This document shows positions 43,137-58,500 of a stretch of 64,000 nt of DNA, piece by piece. A model generated the notes under the pieces. That model made no database searches and was not told where the DNA came from. It saw only the letters and a program-made list of their open reading frames with translations. Source of the stretch: Eledone cirrhosa. Its lineage: Eukaryota. Location of the stretch: positions 39,432,001 to 39,496,000 of the forward strand of contig OZ024745.1 in NCBI GenBank assembly GCA_964016885.1, in the 5' to 3' direction. Numbering within the stretch: the stretch's first letter is position 1; every line of letters begins with the position of its first letter. Position numbers and translations under genes: made by a program.

Positions 43137-43930
43137 AGAAAGTAAGTCCATAGAATCATTTGATAAAATATATATATTATTTCTCCTCACAATCAGCATA
43201 ATTAACCACACAAAACATCAATTAAACGAGGCTATAAGTTTAAAATGTACCTATGAAGAAACAATAGATAAATAAATGAGAGCTATTTTATCAGCGATCA
43301 ACAGCCACAGAAGATTTATCTAGTATTTCTAATAGCCCGTAAAAATTGATTAGACATATAGCCAACCAAACGTCAATTAGGTACAAAATCAAGGTTAGAA
43401 GAAAGAATGTACATAAACATACCAAAATTCTGGCGGAGATCATTTAAGAAAAATCTTTGTCCAATTGAGTTTGTTTCCTGATGATTTCGAAACTCGTGAA
43501 TTTATCCATGATCGGATATTTCCAAAAACCGAATGAAAACTCATGGGGTAGAAACATAATTTTCGTATGTTTATGTTCATTTTTTCTTCTAACTTTGATT
43601 TTGTACCTAATTGTGTATGGTTGGCTATATGTCTAATCAATTTCTACGCGCTACTAGAAATACTAGGTAAATCTTCTGTGGCTGTTGATCGCGGATAAAA
43701 TAGCTACCATTTATTTATCTATTTTTTTTTATAGGTACATTTTTAACTTATAGCCTCGTTTAATTTATTTTTTGTGTGGCTAATTATGCTGATTGGGAGG
43801 AGAAATACTGTATATATTTTATCAAATGATTCTATGGACTTACTTTCTTTTATATTGCTCTGATTGTTGATTATTTAATTAATTAATTCGTCATTGAACC
43901 ACAACATGGTTGCCAAAAACACATACATAT
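43137..43930 (+). mobile_element. Fold-back element with ~280 bp arms
   Basis: 43137-43421 is inverse to 43565-43848 (diverged). Starts at a (TA)n and has a probable ~75 bp tail. Confidence 0.78.
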
Positions 43931-43972
43931 ATGGCTCTGACTAGTTTATGTATTTGTAAACATATATATATA

Positions 43973-44400
43973 TATATGATATTAACAAATAGAAACTATA
44001 TTTATAAAACCATATCTGATTGTATTATACATATTTCAAGGATACCATGTTAAATTATGGTATGCTTTCATCAGACAAAATACAATATATACCAGTTTTA
44101 TAAATAAATATTGACATACCCTTTCAAAATGCAACCGTTACTTTTGGAAGAGATCAGGATAGTGGATGTGTTTACTTATATTAGTAAGTCGTTGTGTTAC
44201 TGGTATATATTGTATTTTGTCTGATGAAAGCATACCATAATTTAACATGGTATCCTTGAAATATGTATAATAAAATAGATATGGTTTTATAAATATAGTT
44301 TCCATTTGTTAATATCATATATTTACTTCAAATACTTGTCGAGTGCTTTATATCAGTTATAAAATATTTGCTTGTATCTCAACAATTTAAATAGAACGTT

Positions 44401-44404
<4 letters not shown>
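43973..44404 (+). mobile_element. Fold-back hammerhead element (~125 bp arms + ~80 bp tail) in (TA)n
   Basis: 43973-44096 is inverse to 44199-44322. Confidence 0.85.
44213..44277 (+). ncRNA. Type I hammerhead ribozyme (second copy on the minus strand at ~44017-44082)
   Basis: UAUUUUGU CUGAUGA AAG-C-AUACCAU-(8 nt)-AUGGUAU-C-CUU GAAA UAUGUA UA AUAAAAUA. Confidence 0.82.
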
Positions 44405-44475
<71 letters not shown>

Positions 44476-45587
44476 CACCTTGGATTTGGAAAGTGTATCC
44501 TCAACAAAATCACGCTTGACGGATCAGCTAAAATTGCATAATACATGTATCGAATATAAAATGTTTTCGAATATTACAAACGAATATTTCAAGTAGGAAA
44601 ATAATTAATTCTATATTGAAATGAAGCGTGTAATATTCAGAAACCTGTCTCCTTTGATATGTTAGTATATAGAGAGTCAGTTGTTTCAATATAACCCATG
44701 AAGTAGCTTCATGTAGGCTTTAATATCGCAACGCAGTTACTATTGATCTTGTTACCTATACACAGTCGACAAAACAAAATCGTTAGTAATCTAGATTTTT
44801 TTAAGAAAGACAAATGAGATTTATGATTGATTTTCCGTCGGACTTTTTTGTAACCGCATAAGTGACATTGATTTTTATGCCAATAAGTTTAATAAAAATA
44901 AGTGTATATGTATTAGCATGTTACCTTGAACGAATACACTGACTAATGTGTAAACAAAACCAGGATATTGTGTAAAGCGATGTGATTGGGTTGTGATACG
45001 TGCTATTCTCCAATAATCATGTAGTGTTTTACAATAATATTTAATAATAACATACGTTGAAATTACGATGGCATAGTGTCTATGTAGATTACAATACTAC
45101 GCCTATATCGAAAGGCAGAAATACGGTAATTATACGTATGTCTTTCGTGGAACTGAGTCGTCATATCAAATAATATAATTATCGAATCTATATTATAATA
45201 CATGCATGTATTTTTTCCGTGTGTCTCTGATAAAAAAAAAGATAAATAAAACCTATTCAGAATTTTAAAAAAAATATCTTTAGTAGGCAAATTTGTTAAA
45301 TGAGTTGAATAAGTCGCTATGCAGCCAACATTATTATCTAACTGTATATCTGCTATCCTCACTTCTTTCCGCTGGATGATATGTGAAGTATATTTATTTA
45401 ATATATTTATTTATCTAATATATATATATATATATATTTTTCTTTCAACCTAGCTAACTTTATTAAATCTAATATATATACATATATATATACATTTTTC
45501 AACCTAGCTAACTTGGTCATTTGCAATTGGAACACATATATACTTATATATGTGTTGGGGTGTATAACATTACAAAACTTATATGTT

Positions 45588-45687
45588 GATGCGCTAAGGA
45601 GACGCAGGTCATGACAGCGAAGATGAGAGACAGAGACCGCTGGAGAGGACTCGTCCATATATCTCGGGAATTTTACCCGCCCTTGAT
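45588..45687 (+). repeat. Short 3' end of the RTE family
   Basis: Reverse complement similar to 38062-38150. Confidence 0.75.
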
Positions 45688-45758
45688 ATATATATATATA
45701 TATATATAGTAAGAGAGAGGGTAAAGAGAGAGAGAGAGATAGAGACATGTAGATAAAT

Positions 45759-45791
<33 letters not shown>

Positions 45792-48700
45792 TAGGGGTGG
45801 GGGAGCCGGAAACAACGATACGCTACGACGATAGATTTATTCTAGTTTTCTGAAGAAACACTAGTATAGTAAGGATTCTATGTTATGTCGTCAATATCTA
45901 ATCAATTTCTAGCGAACAATATGGGAAATGTACGCACTACGATACAATATATCCCAAAGATTTCAATGGATAAGTGAAGTATTATAGTGAAGTTTAATTT
46001 CACATTAGACTTCCGGATGTCTAGATTAGTAATGTAAGAATGGTACTTACCACAATTTAAGCCTCGAGGAAACCCTGAACACACATGACATTAAAGTCCT
46101 TCCAATTCTTTGCTGAGAGATGGTGTTGTGTTTCCACAACACCTCTCCAAGAAAGTTAGCATTTAGATGTTTCATAACTTCTTTAATTATAGGAACAAGG
46201 GTACGCATCAGTTCCCTCTAATATATTACATCACAGTCAGCTACACATTGCACTTATTTCAGTCAAATGCACTTACATAACGCATTTAATTTTAGCTGAA
46301 CTGACTGTAGTATACATTCAAAGTAAATGTTCGTTTTTATTATTGATATTTTCTGCCGTGAATACTTTAATGTAATACGATTTATAAATGACACTCCATA
46401 AACTACACAGAAGTATCATTTTTTACATAATTACACAATTTCGTGAGTCCATGTAGTCCTGGTTGCAGTGGTTGGTATAGTTATTGATAAATATACTGAA
46501 CTGATGACAATAAATTTCCTGAGAACAGAATGATATGTTGCCTTGAATATATTTGTGTTCATAATCTGTTTTCCTGGATTTAATTACGAAATAACATACC
46601 ACACAATAAAAAATTGAATGTAACAATAGCTTAAAACATACCCAGTTGAATGACTGCATCTTAAATATATCGGAGATATGTTCATTTCTCAAATGGCTAT
46701 CGTAAACATTCTTGCATATATTGTAGTAACTCACAGAATGAAATTGCTCATTAGAAAGGAAGAACGAGAGAAAATTTGGAAATGAGTGAGTGCGCGAGAG
46801 TTAAAATGAGTGAGCGATACGGAAGGAGACAAAGTCATAGAAGATGAGGGAAGTGGAGCTTGAAGAGGTTTCTAATTAGTCTGCAAATAACGTTTTGTTA
46901 CATATATATCAGTAGGACGCATCCTTTGAGAGGTAATTTAGTCTAGTAGCATTAATATAGATTGGACGGTATTGCTAGACAGATATTCGCAAAAACACAG
47001 ATCGATAAACCTACACGCCTAGACACTCACATGGACACATATATATAGATATGAATATGCATATATTATTATAGGTATATATTTAAGAGATAAAGAATAA
47101 TATTTACTGCAAACAAAAAATAACGAAGGAATCCGAAGAAAATATGTAATGCTTTCTAAAGCGACATTAAGTATTCACCGATTTGTAACCGGCATCCTTC
47201 TCATACGCATTGGCAATATATGAGATGACGGATCTCCTTCTACTTTACTGAAATATGTCAAACTTAGACCTATTGACATACAATGTTCAATGGAAACTAT
47301 CGAGGGTGAGAAAACGTCAAATTGATTAATAACTATGTATGAATCGATGAAAAATAGCACAATCGGATATTATTGTTTATTGGTTAATTATATAACATTG
47401 GCAGTAGCAATGCGTCATGAATTAAACATGGAGACAAAGAAATGAAATGAAAGACGCCGATGCTCAAATTGGGGAACCAAATCTGTTGCCATTGGTTTTG
47501 AATTGATGATTCTGTCTATTGTTGCCAAGTTCTAGCAGAAGTGTCAGGGTTTTTATGATAATATGAGGCGTGATATTATACAGCATTCGCTAGCCACAAT
47601 ATTTCGTACTTCTCAGTAGAACATCTCTCTGGAATCCTCATCTCCCTGCACATATATATATTACCCCAAATTCTCGTCTTGTTTCTTTCAAGTGGGTTGT
47701 TTAATGCTTGAAACTAACATTGACTGCAATATGTCATGGGGAAATTTTCATCTTCCAGTACAAGTCAATGAAAATATTCACGAATATGCTATTAATGTGA
47801 TAATAAATATCATATATCTCTCATTTCATTAGTGTATTTTGACACGTCCAATGACAAAGTGTCGATTAATGATCTTAATTATGTACAATTATAAATTCTG
47901 TAACATTATTTATAAAGAATACATTGATTATTGAAGTTTGATAAAATTCTGTAGATCATTATGGTTATAGCACAAATATAAAGGATTGCCGGAGCTACGC
48001 TGCCTCCCTTCCTATTTTCTGATGGTATTGGAAGAAAAGCTTTATAGTATAGTGTGTCTTGGAATTTTAACCAAGCAGCGCCCGTGTTATCCGGTTCTCA
48101 GTAGACTATTTTTTTCAGAGAATGTGAGAGAGCTAAATTCATAGATTAGGGCTGAGAAACAGAACGGCTCGGGCCCACTATTGGGTAATTATTCAGTTAT
48201 TCCATGATGTGAACTCGGATTGTAGAGATTCATAGAAGAACTAATGAAAGGCATTCTATGATACATCCTATGATACATTCTATGATACATTCTATGATAC
48301 ACTGCTTATTGCCGGAATAGTATATAATAAAAATTCAATTTCAATTTTGAGACAACTTTCTGCATGTCTCTGTTATTTTTCTTTCTTTTATATATCCTTT
48401 ACAAATGATTTAAATATTTAGTTGTTAACAGCAATTATCACTATCATTAAATGTTTGTTTTAATTAAATGTTTGTAGTAATTCCTAAACTTCAAAATGAG
48501 AGGAAGAGCCTTCGAAATATATGAAGATGTGTACATACATACTATTCCTATACAGTGTGCGTGGAATGACATGGAAGCGTTATTGAAATAAGCAGTATAT
48601 GAACATACCTAAATAGATAACGTCATGTAATACACGAAAGAAAATATTTAGTAACTCATCAAGAATAGAAGATGAATAGTGCCAAAGTCATTGAAAAATT

Positions 48701-50971
48701 AGATGATATGGAAATAGTCCTTTATTGAAATGGGAATTATATTGAATGTTTCCGACAAATAGTTGGGCTGTTTGTATATATATATATTTTTTCGACTATA
48801 TTTAGAATTTAATGTAAAATGTATAATGCCCAGAATGAATGTGTGTAAAGTCTGTATCAGTAAAATACCAAATGACTTAATTAGAAGCCAGTGTAGGGCT
48901 TGATAATTACCCATCGTGTAATGGTGCGATATTATCAACGCTGTTTTTGATATATAACGTGGTGTTATTTAAAGGATCCAATAATGAACGGTATTCAGAA
49001 GAGTATTTATGGCGAACAACATTGGGATATTACTGCAGGTTACAATTATTAATTTATCCAATTACAGGAAATGAATAGATGAACACAATTCCATCAAATG
49101 TTAATTGTTTTGTCAATTGGTTTCTAGAATAATTCTAGAAATTCATGCGCATTATACTCTTTATTCTACTGCCCTTCAACAGTTGCTTTGTTTTATTTAC
49201 TTGTGTATAGGTTGGATGAACGAAAGGATTCTACATCATTGAAAATGTTGTCAAATTCTATTCTGTGAGATCATATCATATATCTGAACGTTCTAATTAT
49301 AACTCACGTGCATTATATCTTGATTAAATGAATATTACCAGTGACCTGACGGAAATTCAGTTAATTAGGATGCTATAAATACCATCAATCTAAAGAGCCA
49401 CCGCTTCTCAAAATCGACAGTGCATAGTTCTGTTATTAGGAATATCTTGCTATAATGTGTAAAGAATGAATCGCTGGGCAGAGTTTACGGGTAAAAGCAA
49501 CTGACTGGAGACCCAGAATTAGTGAATTAGTCCACAACAGGATGATTGGATGGCGTCCATGAGCTCGGTTGTTCTCAGTCACGTATTTGACACGACTGGA
49601 ATTTGTAGAAGAAGATGAAGTAGAAGAAGAAGAAGAAGAAGAAGGCATTAAATATTTTGGAAATCACGTAAAGATCGATGTATCCAATAAGGTCATTTAA
49701 TCCTGCTTTCCTCTGTCAATTTCTGGATTCCTTTGCTCCAATGTACATGTGTTTGTCGAAATTTAGTAACAGATAATCCACAATAAGACACTGTCAGGGA
49801 CATCATTATAAGTCTCGTTTGGTAATAAATCGGTAATTTTATCTACAATGCGTTGGAACTGAGGGATTTTGTGGGTGTACATAGTATATCCAAATCATCT
49901 ATCGCATAGTACAAATAATTCTATTTCTACATACAATAAGTATTATGACAAATGTCGGTCGTGTATAAGGAGAGTTGACATTCCTATTAAACGAATATAT
50001 GCTCAATCATCCTTTGTCAATTTCAGATACATATATATTTCATTTAATCACAATGAAGTTATTTCATTTGTGTCATCAATAAATGAGATCATACACAATA
50101 TTAGATTGGGTAGAATCAACGATAAAATAATATCGATTATGCCAATTTGTGAAATATATTTTTATTCAGCTTAGATTTTACTGAATATTTCATGAACGAT
50201 ATGTGGATTAATACATATTGACGGCAGAGAGCAATGACATGTGGTTATATGATCACCTGGAATTATAGCAACTGACGCATGGACGGAAACTCATCCCAGC
50301 CGCATTATTTAAGGTATAACTGTTAACATTCATGCAAAACAATCAACGTTATACGTTATAGATAGGATCCCGATGGCTATATGTGATCCGTGCTGTAACT
50401 AGAAAATATTACTACATGCTGTTTTAGGAAGCTGGAGAAATACCCAATCCTATACAAGGTCATCTCATATCTACTTTGCTGAAGCGTTGCTGAAGCGTTA
50501 CTCAGGCAAATATATCAAACTATTCTACGAAATTTGTAATTTTAAATAAAGTATTATAGCCTATATAGTCAACCATATATATTAGAAACATTCAAATTAT
50601 ATTATAACAGTTACAGAAACGTATTTCCCAAATTTGGTTTGCTAAATTATCAGTTGATTATACATTTATACCAGATAGTGAGAAAAAAAATGATATTGAA
50701 GGATTTCCGACATGCGCAATGAAGATACTGTTTAGACATGCGTATAGAGATCCCAATATTTTAATAACATAAAAACATATTTTGGACGTAGAATTGTTGA
50801 CTTCGTATAGAGAATATCCTCTTTCACTTATTTCTGAATATCAATAGGTGCATCATATTCAAGTGGTTGTTAGAATGATGCAACACATTTACTACCACGA
50901 ACCTAGAGATGCCTTGAATAATTCTAGAAACCTGCTCTGTACGTAAATTATATGCATATTTATTCATTTTA

Positions 50972-51080
50972 TTATAGAATTGACTTCTACAGGACTAGAA
51001 CTATTTTGTTTGTGAGAAACCATGAAGATTATGTACGAATGAAACACATCTACTCTTGTAGAAAGCATTTTTATATTAAC
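50972..51080. repeat. Degenerate family A hairpin
   Basis: TTCTACAGGACTAGA ... TCTACTCTTGTAGAA inverted pair. Confidence 0.55.
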
Positions 51081-51211
51081 ATGAATATATAGTATACATA
51101 TATAAATATATAATACATTTGACAATAGCGTTTATTGTTTTTTTTTTTATTGTATGCAATAACGGAATGTAGGGATCAAATTTTCTCTCTGATGATAGGT
51201 AACTCATAGTT

Positions 51212-51476
51212 AAAGGGACGTAACTATGCTGCAAAGCATGGCGTCCGACCCTCTACCATACTGCCAATCCACTGCCCTTAGCTCATAGTTAAATAATTGT
51301 TTCTACTTTTGGCACAAGGCCAGCAAATATCCAGTACATTACTGGTACTTCATTTTATCGACCCCGTAAGGATGAGAGGCAAAGTTAACCTCGGCGGGAT
51401 TTGAACTCAGATCATAAAGGGCCGTAACTCTATGCTGCAAAGCATGGCTTCCGACCCTCTACCGATACTGCCAATC
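51212..51476 (-). mobile_element. SINE head fragment plus full SINE copy
   Basis: Family motifs; CTCATAGTTAAA is duplicated around the head fragment. Confidence 0.85.
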
Positions 51477-52659
51477 ATTTAAATAATGTTAGAGAATTAC
51501 ATTAACAATCGTCAGGATGTTAGTTCGATTCCCGGACCGTATGATGAGCAAGACACTTTATGTCACGTTGCTCCCTCTACGCGGAGTTGCGACCGATAAA
51601 TAGTATTAGCAATTGGAAAGACCAATGGAGACACTTTTCCTCGGTCGATAGTCGATCGACTTTCAATATAAATGAAATGCCCGAGTATAACCAATATATT
51701 TATTATCAGATAATCACTAATATATTCCTATTTTAGATCCGTTAGAAACGTGAGTATCTGTGAATCTCTAACAGATCATTCGCCAATCCTCTCATTATAA
51801 TATGTTACATATAGTGCATTTTTCAACAGCCCTTTAAGAAAAATATGTGAATTAAGAAAAGGAGAAGAAGCTGAAAATAGACTGAAATATTCTAGACCAT
51901 ATCAGTACCGTTTGCTTCGAGACTAACACTTCAACAATGACTAAGAAATATTTAAAATCATTCAAATTTATTTTTTTATTTATGTTGTTTTCAGTTTCAG
52001 TTAATCGTAATTCAAAAGAAAGAATTTTGTTTTTGATTTCCCACAGCTATAAGAAATACCACGTGTGTTTTTTATTATATATTTGTCATAACGCTTTTAT
52101 CAGATTTCGTTACCCTTCAGACATTTCTTCTTTATAAAGACAACTATTCAACCGCTATCTCAATAAATTGATATTTCTTTCGCCAAAGGAAGCATTTCTT
52201 TAACAACCAGTAACTCTGACATTTCCAGGTTAAAGGTCAGCATTACAATTAAAACACATCTTCAGAAACGTTGACTTCTTGTCTCCGCTTACAATATTCT
52301 CAATAACTTCGCCTGTTATACATTTAGGAACGTTAGGTTATTAACATAGCATACTCCTTGCGATATAACGCTAACAATATCAAATTCGTCATTCATTTAA
52401 TAGTATTTTCTTCATTTATATGAGTTCTGCTGTCGGTTTTACATATGATATTAATCAACACTTTTTTATAGATTAACATTACCATATAGAAACAGATATC
52501 ATTTAAAATAATGTATTATTTTGTAATTTATAGATTAAAATAGAAGTCTTGGCAGAGCTGTTCTGCTAGAGAATGGGTCACATGTGACAGACAACGATAC
52601 TACCACCAGAAATGACGCTTAGTTATGAAATAAGTTGGTTTCTGTGTGGAAGAAAGACT

Positions 52660-53000
52660 TCCTGGCTCAATTACGAAGTCCATTGAAGTCTCCCATTAAG
52701 ATATATAACTCGGAATGATCCGTATTTGGTGTCTCTGTTTGGCACCTAAAAATACAATATCCATAAAATCATTTCGTTCAGCAGAAGGTTCAAATGGAAT
52801 AGCCTGACTCTCATATCACGTTACGAAAGCTGGGATCTTATGAGTTACCTTAATATTCATGTGCAGTCCTTATTGGCACCAAAATTATATAATGCAATTA
52901 AACTGAAGCAGCGGGGACAAGTAAATATATCTGGGTCCGTTTTCGCAAAAGAAGGAGCGCAATATGGTGCGGCAATATTCCAGATTCAGCACTCTGTCTT
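52660..53000 (-). pseudogene. Possible ancient APE endonuclease (LINE) relic
   Basis: ENGPRYI, FSLIALY and YILMGDFNG occur in the expected order but in different frames. Confidence 0.35.
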
Positions 53001-53369
53001 CAGAAGAATGGAGATTTGTGTACGTTCCAAATCGGTTCCGTCTCCGTGCCTACGCTTATCTACGGTTCTGAATCATTTGTAACACCTAGAAGAGCAGCTG
53101 CTTCTCCGAATTTAGATATCACATCTCTGGTACTACGAAAATGTGTTTATAATAAGTAAGAAATCATTAGATTGATTTTATGGGTAAAGACAACTGACAA
53201 GGCAGGGAGTTGTAGGCTACGAGCAAGAATTTTGGATAAAATGGTTGAGGTTCGACGGTCTTCCTTGGCTATATATCCGGATTATTTTGATGGGTTTGCT
53301 TTTGATAGGAACATATGTAAGGTGTGTCTGGAGAATCTGCCCCTAGGCCGTCCCCAGAGTAAGTGTGGG

Positions 53370-53452
53370 AGAAGAAGAAGAAGAAGAAGAAGAAGAAGAA
53401 GAAGAAGAAGAAGAAGAAGAAGAAGAAGAAGAAGAAGAAGAAGAAGAAGAAA
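53370..53452. repeat. (GAA)n microsatellite
   Basis: Directly visible. Confidence 0.97.
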
Positions 53453-54257
53453 ATAATGATGTAGACATTACGATTAACACTTCGTAATACAGGACTGCGC
53501 AGCGAGTTACGTGTAAATATCGTTCTTTCAAAAAACGTGCAAATATCCTTCTTTCAAAAAAAAAAGAAAGAAAGAAGGAAAACAGGTGGTTTTCGTTATT
53601 TTATCCTGCTTCATACATATTCCATATATTTACATATTTTTTCTAAATTTAAAATGTTAGAAATAATTTATTAAATGAAATCTGCTACCCCGCTGTGTAA
53701 CTTTATTAAACTCCCAGGAAAACATCCTTCCATAATCCCCTCATGCAGCTTTTTCACTGCTTGATACTAAGCCGTATATATTTCACTGTTTCCTAAAGAA
53801 TTCTGAATGACTTTCAATTTTCTAGAACAAAAACTTTTAAAGATATTAATAATGAAATAAAAAAGTTTTATTTTCTTTGAAGGTGAAAATATATCAGATA
53901 GCAAATTCTAGAACTTATAGGGGTGAGAACAAAATTGGAATCTTTAATATCACATGTCAATTATTATAAGAACTGTGTTCTCTCAATTCGGAGAAGGAGT
54001 GGCTCTACCTGTAGTGATATACTGATATAACAGCTACTCATACTTTCGAGTAATGTTACTCCAAAACCGTTAATAGGGACCCCATTTCGCCGGCTTGTAT
54101 TCGCGATATATTATTTAGCTCATGACCATACGTATATATATGCGTGCATCTATATATTTAACTATTGTTGATTTCAATAACCTCTGTAATTTATTCACGT
54201 TATTCATAACTCTGAAGCAGAGAATCATTCGGTTTCCTTATACCATAAACGTCTTCA

Positions 54258-54757
54258 GTTATACCATAATCGTGGTTTTGTCTTTGCGTGCAATTCTTCT
54301 CTCGCTCCACAAAATGACGTATAATCTTCGTTTTTCCGTTCATTACCAGGGAACGTCTCCAAGAACCACCTAATACAATATTAATCTACGACTTCATTTA
54401 TACCATGAACGTGGTTTTATCTTTGCGTGTAATTGTTTTCAACGGTCCAAATAATGACGTATTAACTTCGGTGTTTTTTTCGATCTTTGCCAGGGAACGT
54501 TTTCACGAACCAAAGTATCGTCTTCCTGTCTTCGTTCGGCTGCAACGTTTTTCGGAATATTTACTTCTGCGTTCACATATTGATTTTTTTTAGTTTCAGA
54601 AGATCCTGTTAAGGGTGAAAGCAGCGATTATTTGCATAAACTTTAATCTATTATTTTAATAAATATTTGCTCTACGGTTCTTATATATTTGATATATATT
54701 TATCCTTATCGAGCCCTCTTTGGATTTTAGTCTTCAAATTTATTATTATTACTATAT
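54258..54757 (+). repeat. Family B element end with diverged ~140 bp tandem duplication upstream
   Basis: 54258-54368 resembles 54398-54512. 54640-54757 matches 13505-13630 in reverse. Confidence 0.55.
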
Positions 54758-54802
54758 ATTATATATATATATTTATATATATATATATATAAATATATAT
54801 AA

Positions 54803-54863
<61 letters not shown>

Positions 54864-54867
<4 letters not shown>

Positions 54868-57441
54868 TATAGAAGAGCTTCTACAGGACTGAAATCTTCA
54901 GGAAGCTGGCTGTCCAAGTCGGTGGTAGTATTTATATATTTTCTTTTCTGCTGGTAGGAGAGGGTGGGGATTGGGATGGGTGGTGGTCATTGGTTGATAG
55001 ATTTATAGAAAATGGAGTTCATTAAAAGCTAATTATTTAAAGATATATTAACAAAGCGATGATAACAAAGGCAGAAAGAATACTGTAAACAAATTCAAAT
55101 TTGGAATACCAATCCTTCTTTAACATTAGACTAACAATGCCTAAAAGACAGGTGTCTATAGGATGGGTGGGTTCATTGGTTTAAAGAAAAGGGATTAGAA
55201 GCTAATTCTATATGTATATATATAAAAAAAAAAGAAAAATAAAGATGGCGTAGAAAACACACTGCAACGGGAGGAAACAATAGCACCACTGACGATGTTG
55301 CAGATGCGCAACCAAACAACTTTGATAAACTATATATATATGTGTTTGTGTCTATATTGCATCTGTATTTTTGACTGTTGGTCAGTCAATGGCAACATTG
55401 AGGACCGAATAAATTAAATTAACCGATATAAAAGACACAGAAGCGAAAAGCGAAAACCAGCCAAACAGTGAGTGTGTTCTGTTATTAATTCTGGCAAATA
55501 TGACCCTCCCCAAGTATAACAATATATATATATATATCATTATCTATAAAAGGCAGATTGTTGTTGTTGTGTGTGTGTGCATGTTCCATGTTCATACATT
55601 TGCACAATTTCAAACCGATTCGACTAAAAGTCTGTAAGAATGTTGTAAATGGTCTAACTTAGCTCAACGACTATTTATTTCATTCACACTCACCCACAAT
55701 TACGGAAATAATCGATAAAACTAAATACATGACGCTTTACCCCTCTAATACAATCAAATAACCTCTCTCTATTCACCTTAAACTTTAAGAGAGAGAGAGA
55801 GAGAGAACGTTTGTTTTTGCGTGTGGAACGGTCAAATATTTATTCACTTCAATGACAAAAAGAACTTATTACATTTCATACGAAACAACAATTATTCAAA
55901 AGCAACAGATAAATTTATTCAACAACAAAATAAATAGCAATAAATCTTTTATAAAACATCTATCAACGAACGTGGAAGAAAGAAGTATCAGTTCATTTAC
56001 CATACACAATAATATCCTCTATGAGGTCACTACACCTTCTAGAAACAGCAGCTATCTCTCCCCCATATCAAACCACTCCCTACTGTCTTAAATTTAGAAA
56101 ACCTATCCTCTAAGAGGTCCCTAAACCTGCTAGAAACAGCAGCTAACTCTCCCCCATATTCAAAAGCAACAGATAAATTTATTTGGAAACAAAAAAAAAT
56201 AGCCTTAAATCTTTTTTAAAACATCTATCAACGGTCGTGGAAGAAAGAAGTATCAGTTCATTTACTATACACAATAATATCCTCTATGTGGTCACTAAAC
56301 CTGCTAGAAACAGCAGCTAACTCCCCCCCCCCCCCCATATCACATCACTCCCTACTGTCTTAAATTTAGAAAACATACCCTCTACGAGGTCACTAAACCT
56401 GCTAGAAGCAGAAGCTAACTCTACCCCATATCACACCCGTCCCTATTGTCTTAAATTTAGAAAACACACATTAGACAACCATGCAGAACAACTCCATCGC
56501 AGCTCTGTTGTTCGGCTGGCATCGCCTGCGCGCGTGTTGCGTAAGTACTGTGAAACAAAAAATTGCAATACTTCTTTGCACAGAGATAATATCCATAGGC
56601 GAAACTACAATTGTCACTGCTGACGCAGCTCCTGCTTCGACAGTCCAGGTCTGCAATTCATTCACCCAGTGGCTGGCAAACAAAAAAGTGCTGCCATAAA
56701 ATGGGTGGTGCAACCTAACTTTGGTACTTACTGTCCCCGAGCAACGCCGGCCTTTAATGCTAGTATATATATACATATATATATATACATGTATATATAT
56801 ATGTATGCGTGTATGTACGATTTAGTATGTTTGTTGCGTGTGTGTCTGTCTGTGTGTGCGTGGTTGTATGTGTGTGTACGTGTGTAAGTGGGCGCCTGTG
56901 TGAATGTGCTTGTTGACATCTGGAATATATATTAAAAGAAACTTCACAATAAGAGGAATCACTTCAACACTTTCTTCATTTGTCACCCGTATTTCAGTCT
57001 TAAAGAATTAGCTTCTAAAGAAGTTCCCTTTTCTTTAAACCAATGAACCTCGCTCATCCTGTAGACACCTGTCTTACAGGTATTGTTACTTTAAGTGATA
57101 AACTAGGACTGGTACTCTAAATTTGAATTTGTTTACAGTATTCTTTCTGCCTTTGTTAATTGTATAGCTTTAAAGAATTAGCTTTTAATGAACTCCCTTT
57201 TCTTTAAATCCATCAACCAATCATCTCCACCCATCCCAGCCCCACCCTAACCTACCACCAGAAAAGAAAAGATATAAATACCACCACCCACTTGGACAGC
57301 CAACTATCTGATAAATTCTCGCGAATGAAACAGTTCTAGTCCTGTAGAAGGTTCTCTATATTAAAACATTTATACTCTGCTATGTATTGAGTACCTAACT
57401 TACTGGGGTTACCTCCGATCCAACATGAAAAATAACTTATA
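54864..57441 (+). mobile_element. Large family A fold-back element (~340 bp arms, ~75 bp tail)
   Basis: 54864-55207 is inverse to ~57005-57364; tail 57365-57441; (TA)n on both flanks. Confidence 0.75.
55543..56763 (+). mobile_element. Non-autonomous Helitron-like element with internal minisatellite
   Basis: 5' TC(TATAAAAGG) followed by a (GT)n tract; 3' hairpin CCGAGCAACGCCGG ~10 bp before CTAG; A|T junctions; tandem units at 55895-56465. Confidence 0.65.
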
Positions 57442-57445
57442 TATA

Positions 57446-57525
<80 letters not shown>

Positions 57526-58021
57526 TGTCTGAGTGTGTGTGTGTGTATGTCCACTGTATTTGCATTCAGACATGCAAACGATTTGTTGCCTTAATATGAA
57601 GATAAGAATGAAATATCTAAATAGACATAAATGAAACATACTAAACAAAACAATGTATAATATAGGAACCCTGAATATTTTTATATTGATAATATTCAGA
57701 CATAAGCTTTGTCAAGTAATAACACACAAAACCTATAACATTGAGAATATTTCAAGTTATTTCTTTAAATTCAATATTGATATGCCAGGCCTTAAAATTT
57801 GGCACTCTGGCCTACAGATACACATTTGCAAAGTTACACACCTATATACAGTAAATCAATAAAATGGTGTACGAATCTACATAGGGATGGCTGCAGGGCT
57901 TCAGAAAATGATGTTTTATTATGTAGTAATAAATCAATAGCAAGGTTTCATATCGGTATTGGGATGGATGTTAATCCGAGTCGATGTCAATGGCATTCAC
58001 CAGACGAAAAACAGAAATCGA

Positions 58022-58500
<479 letters not shown>

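Noticed and set aside
45900-50900. Search for host exons in unique AT-rich sequence (also 58.8-60.5 kb and 62.2-64 kb)
   Set aside because: Only short ORFs without recognisable domains; small exons cannot be excluded by eye.
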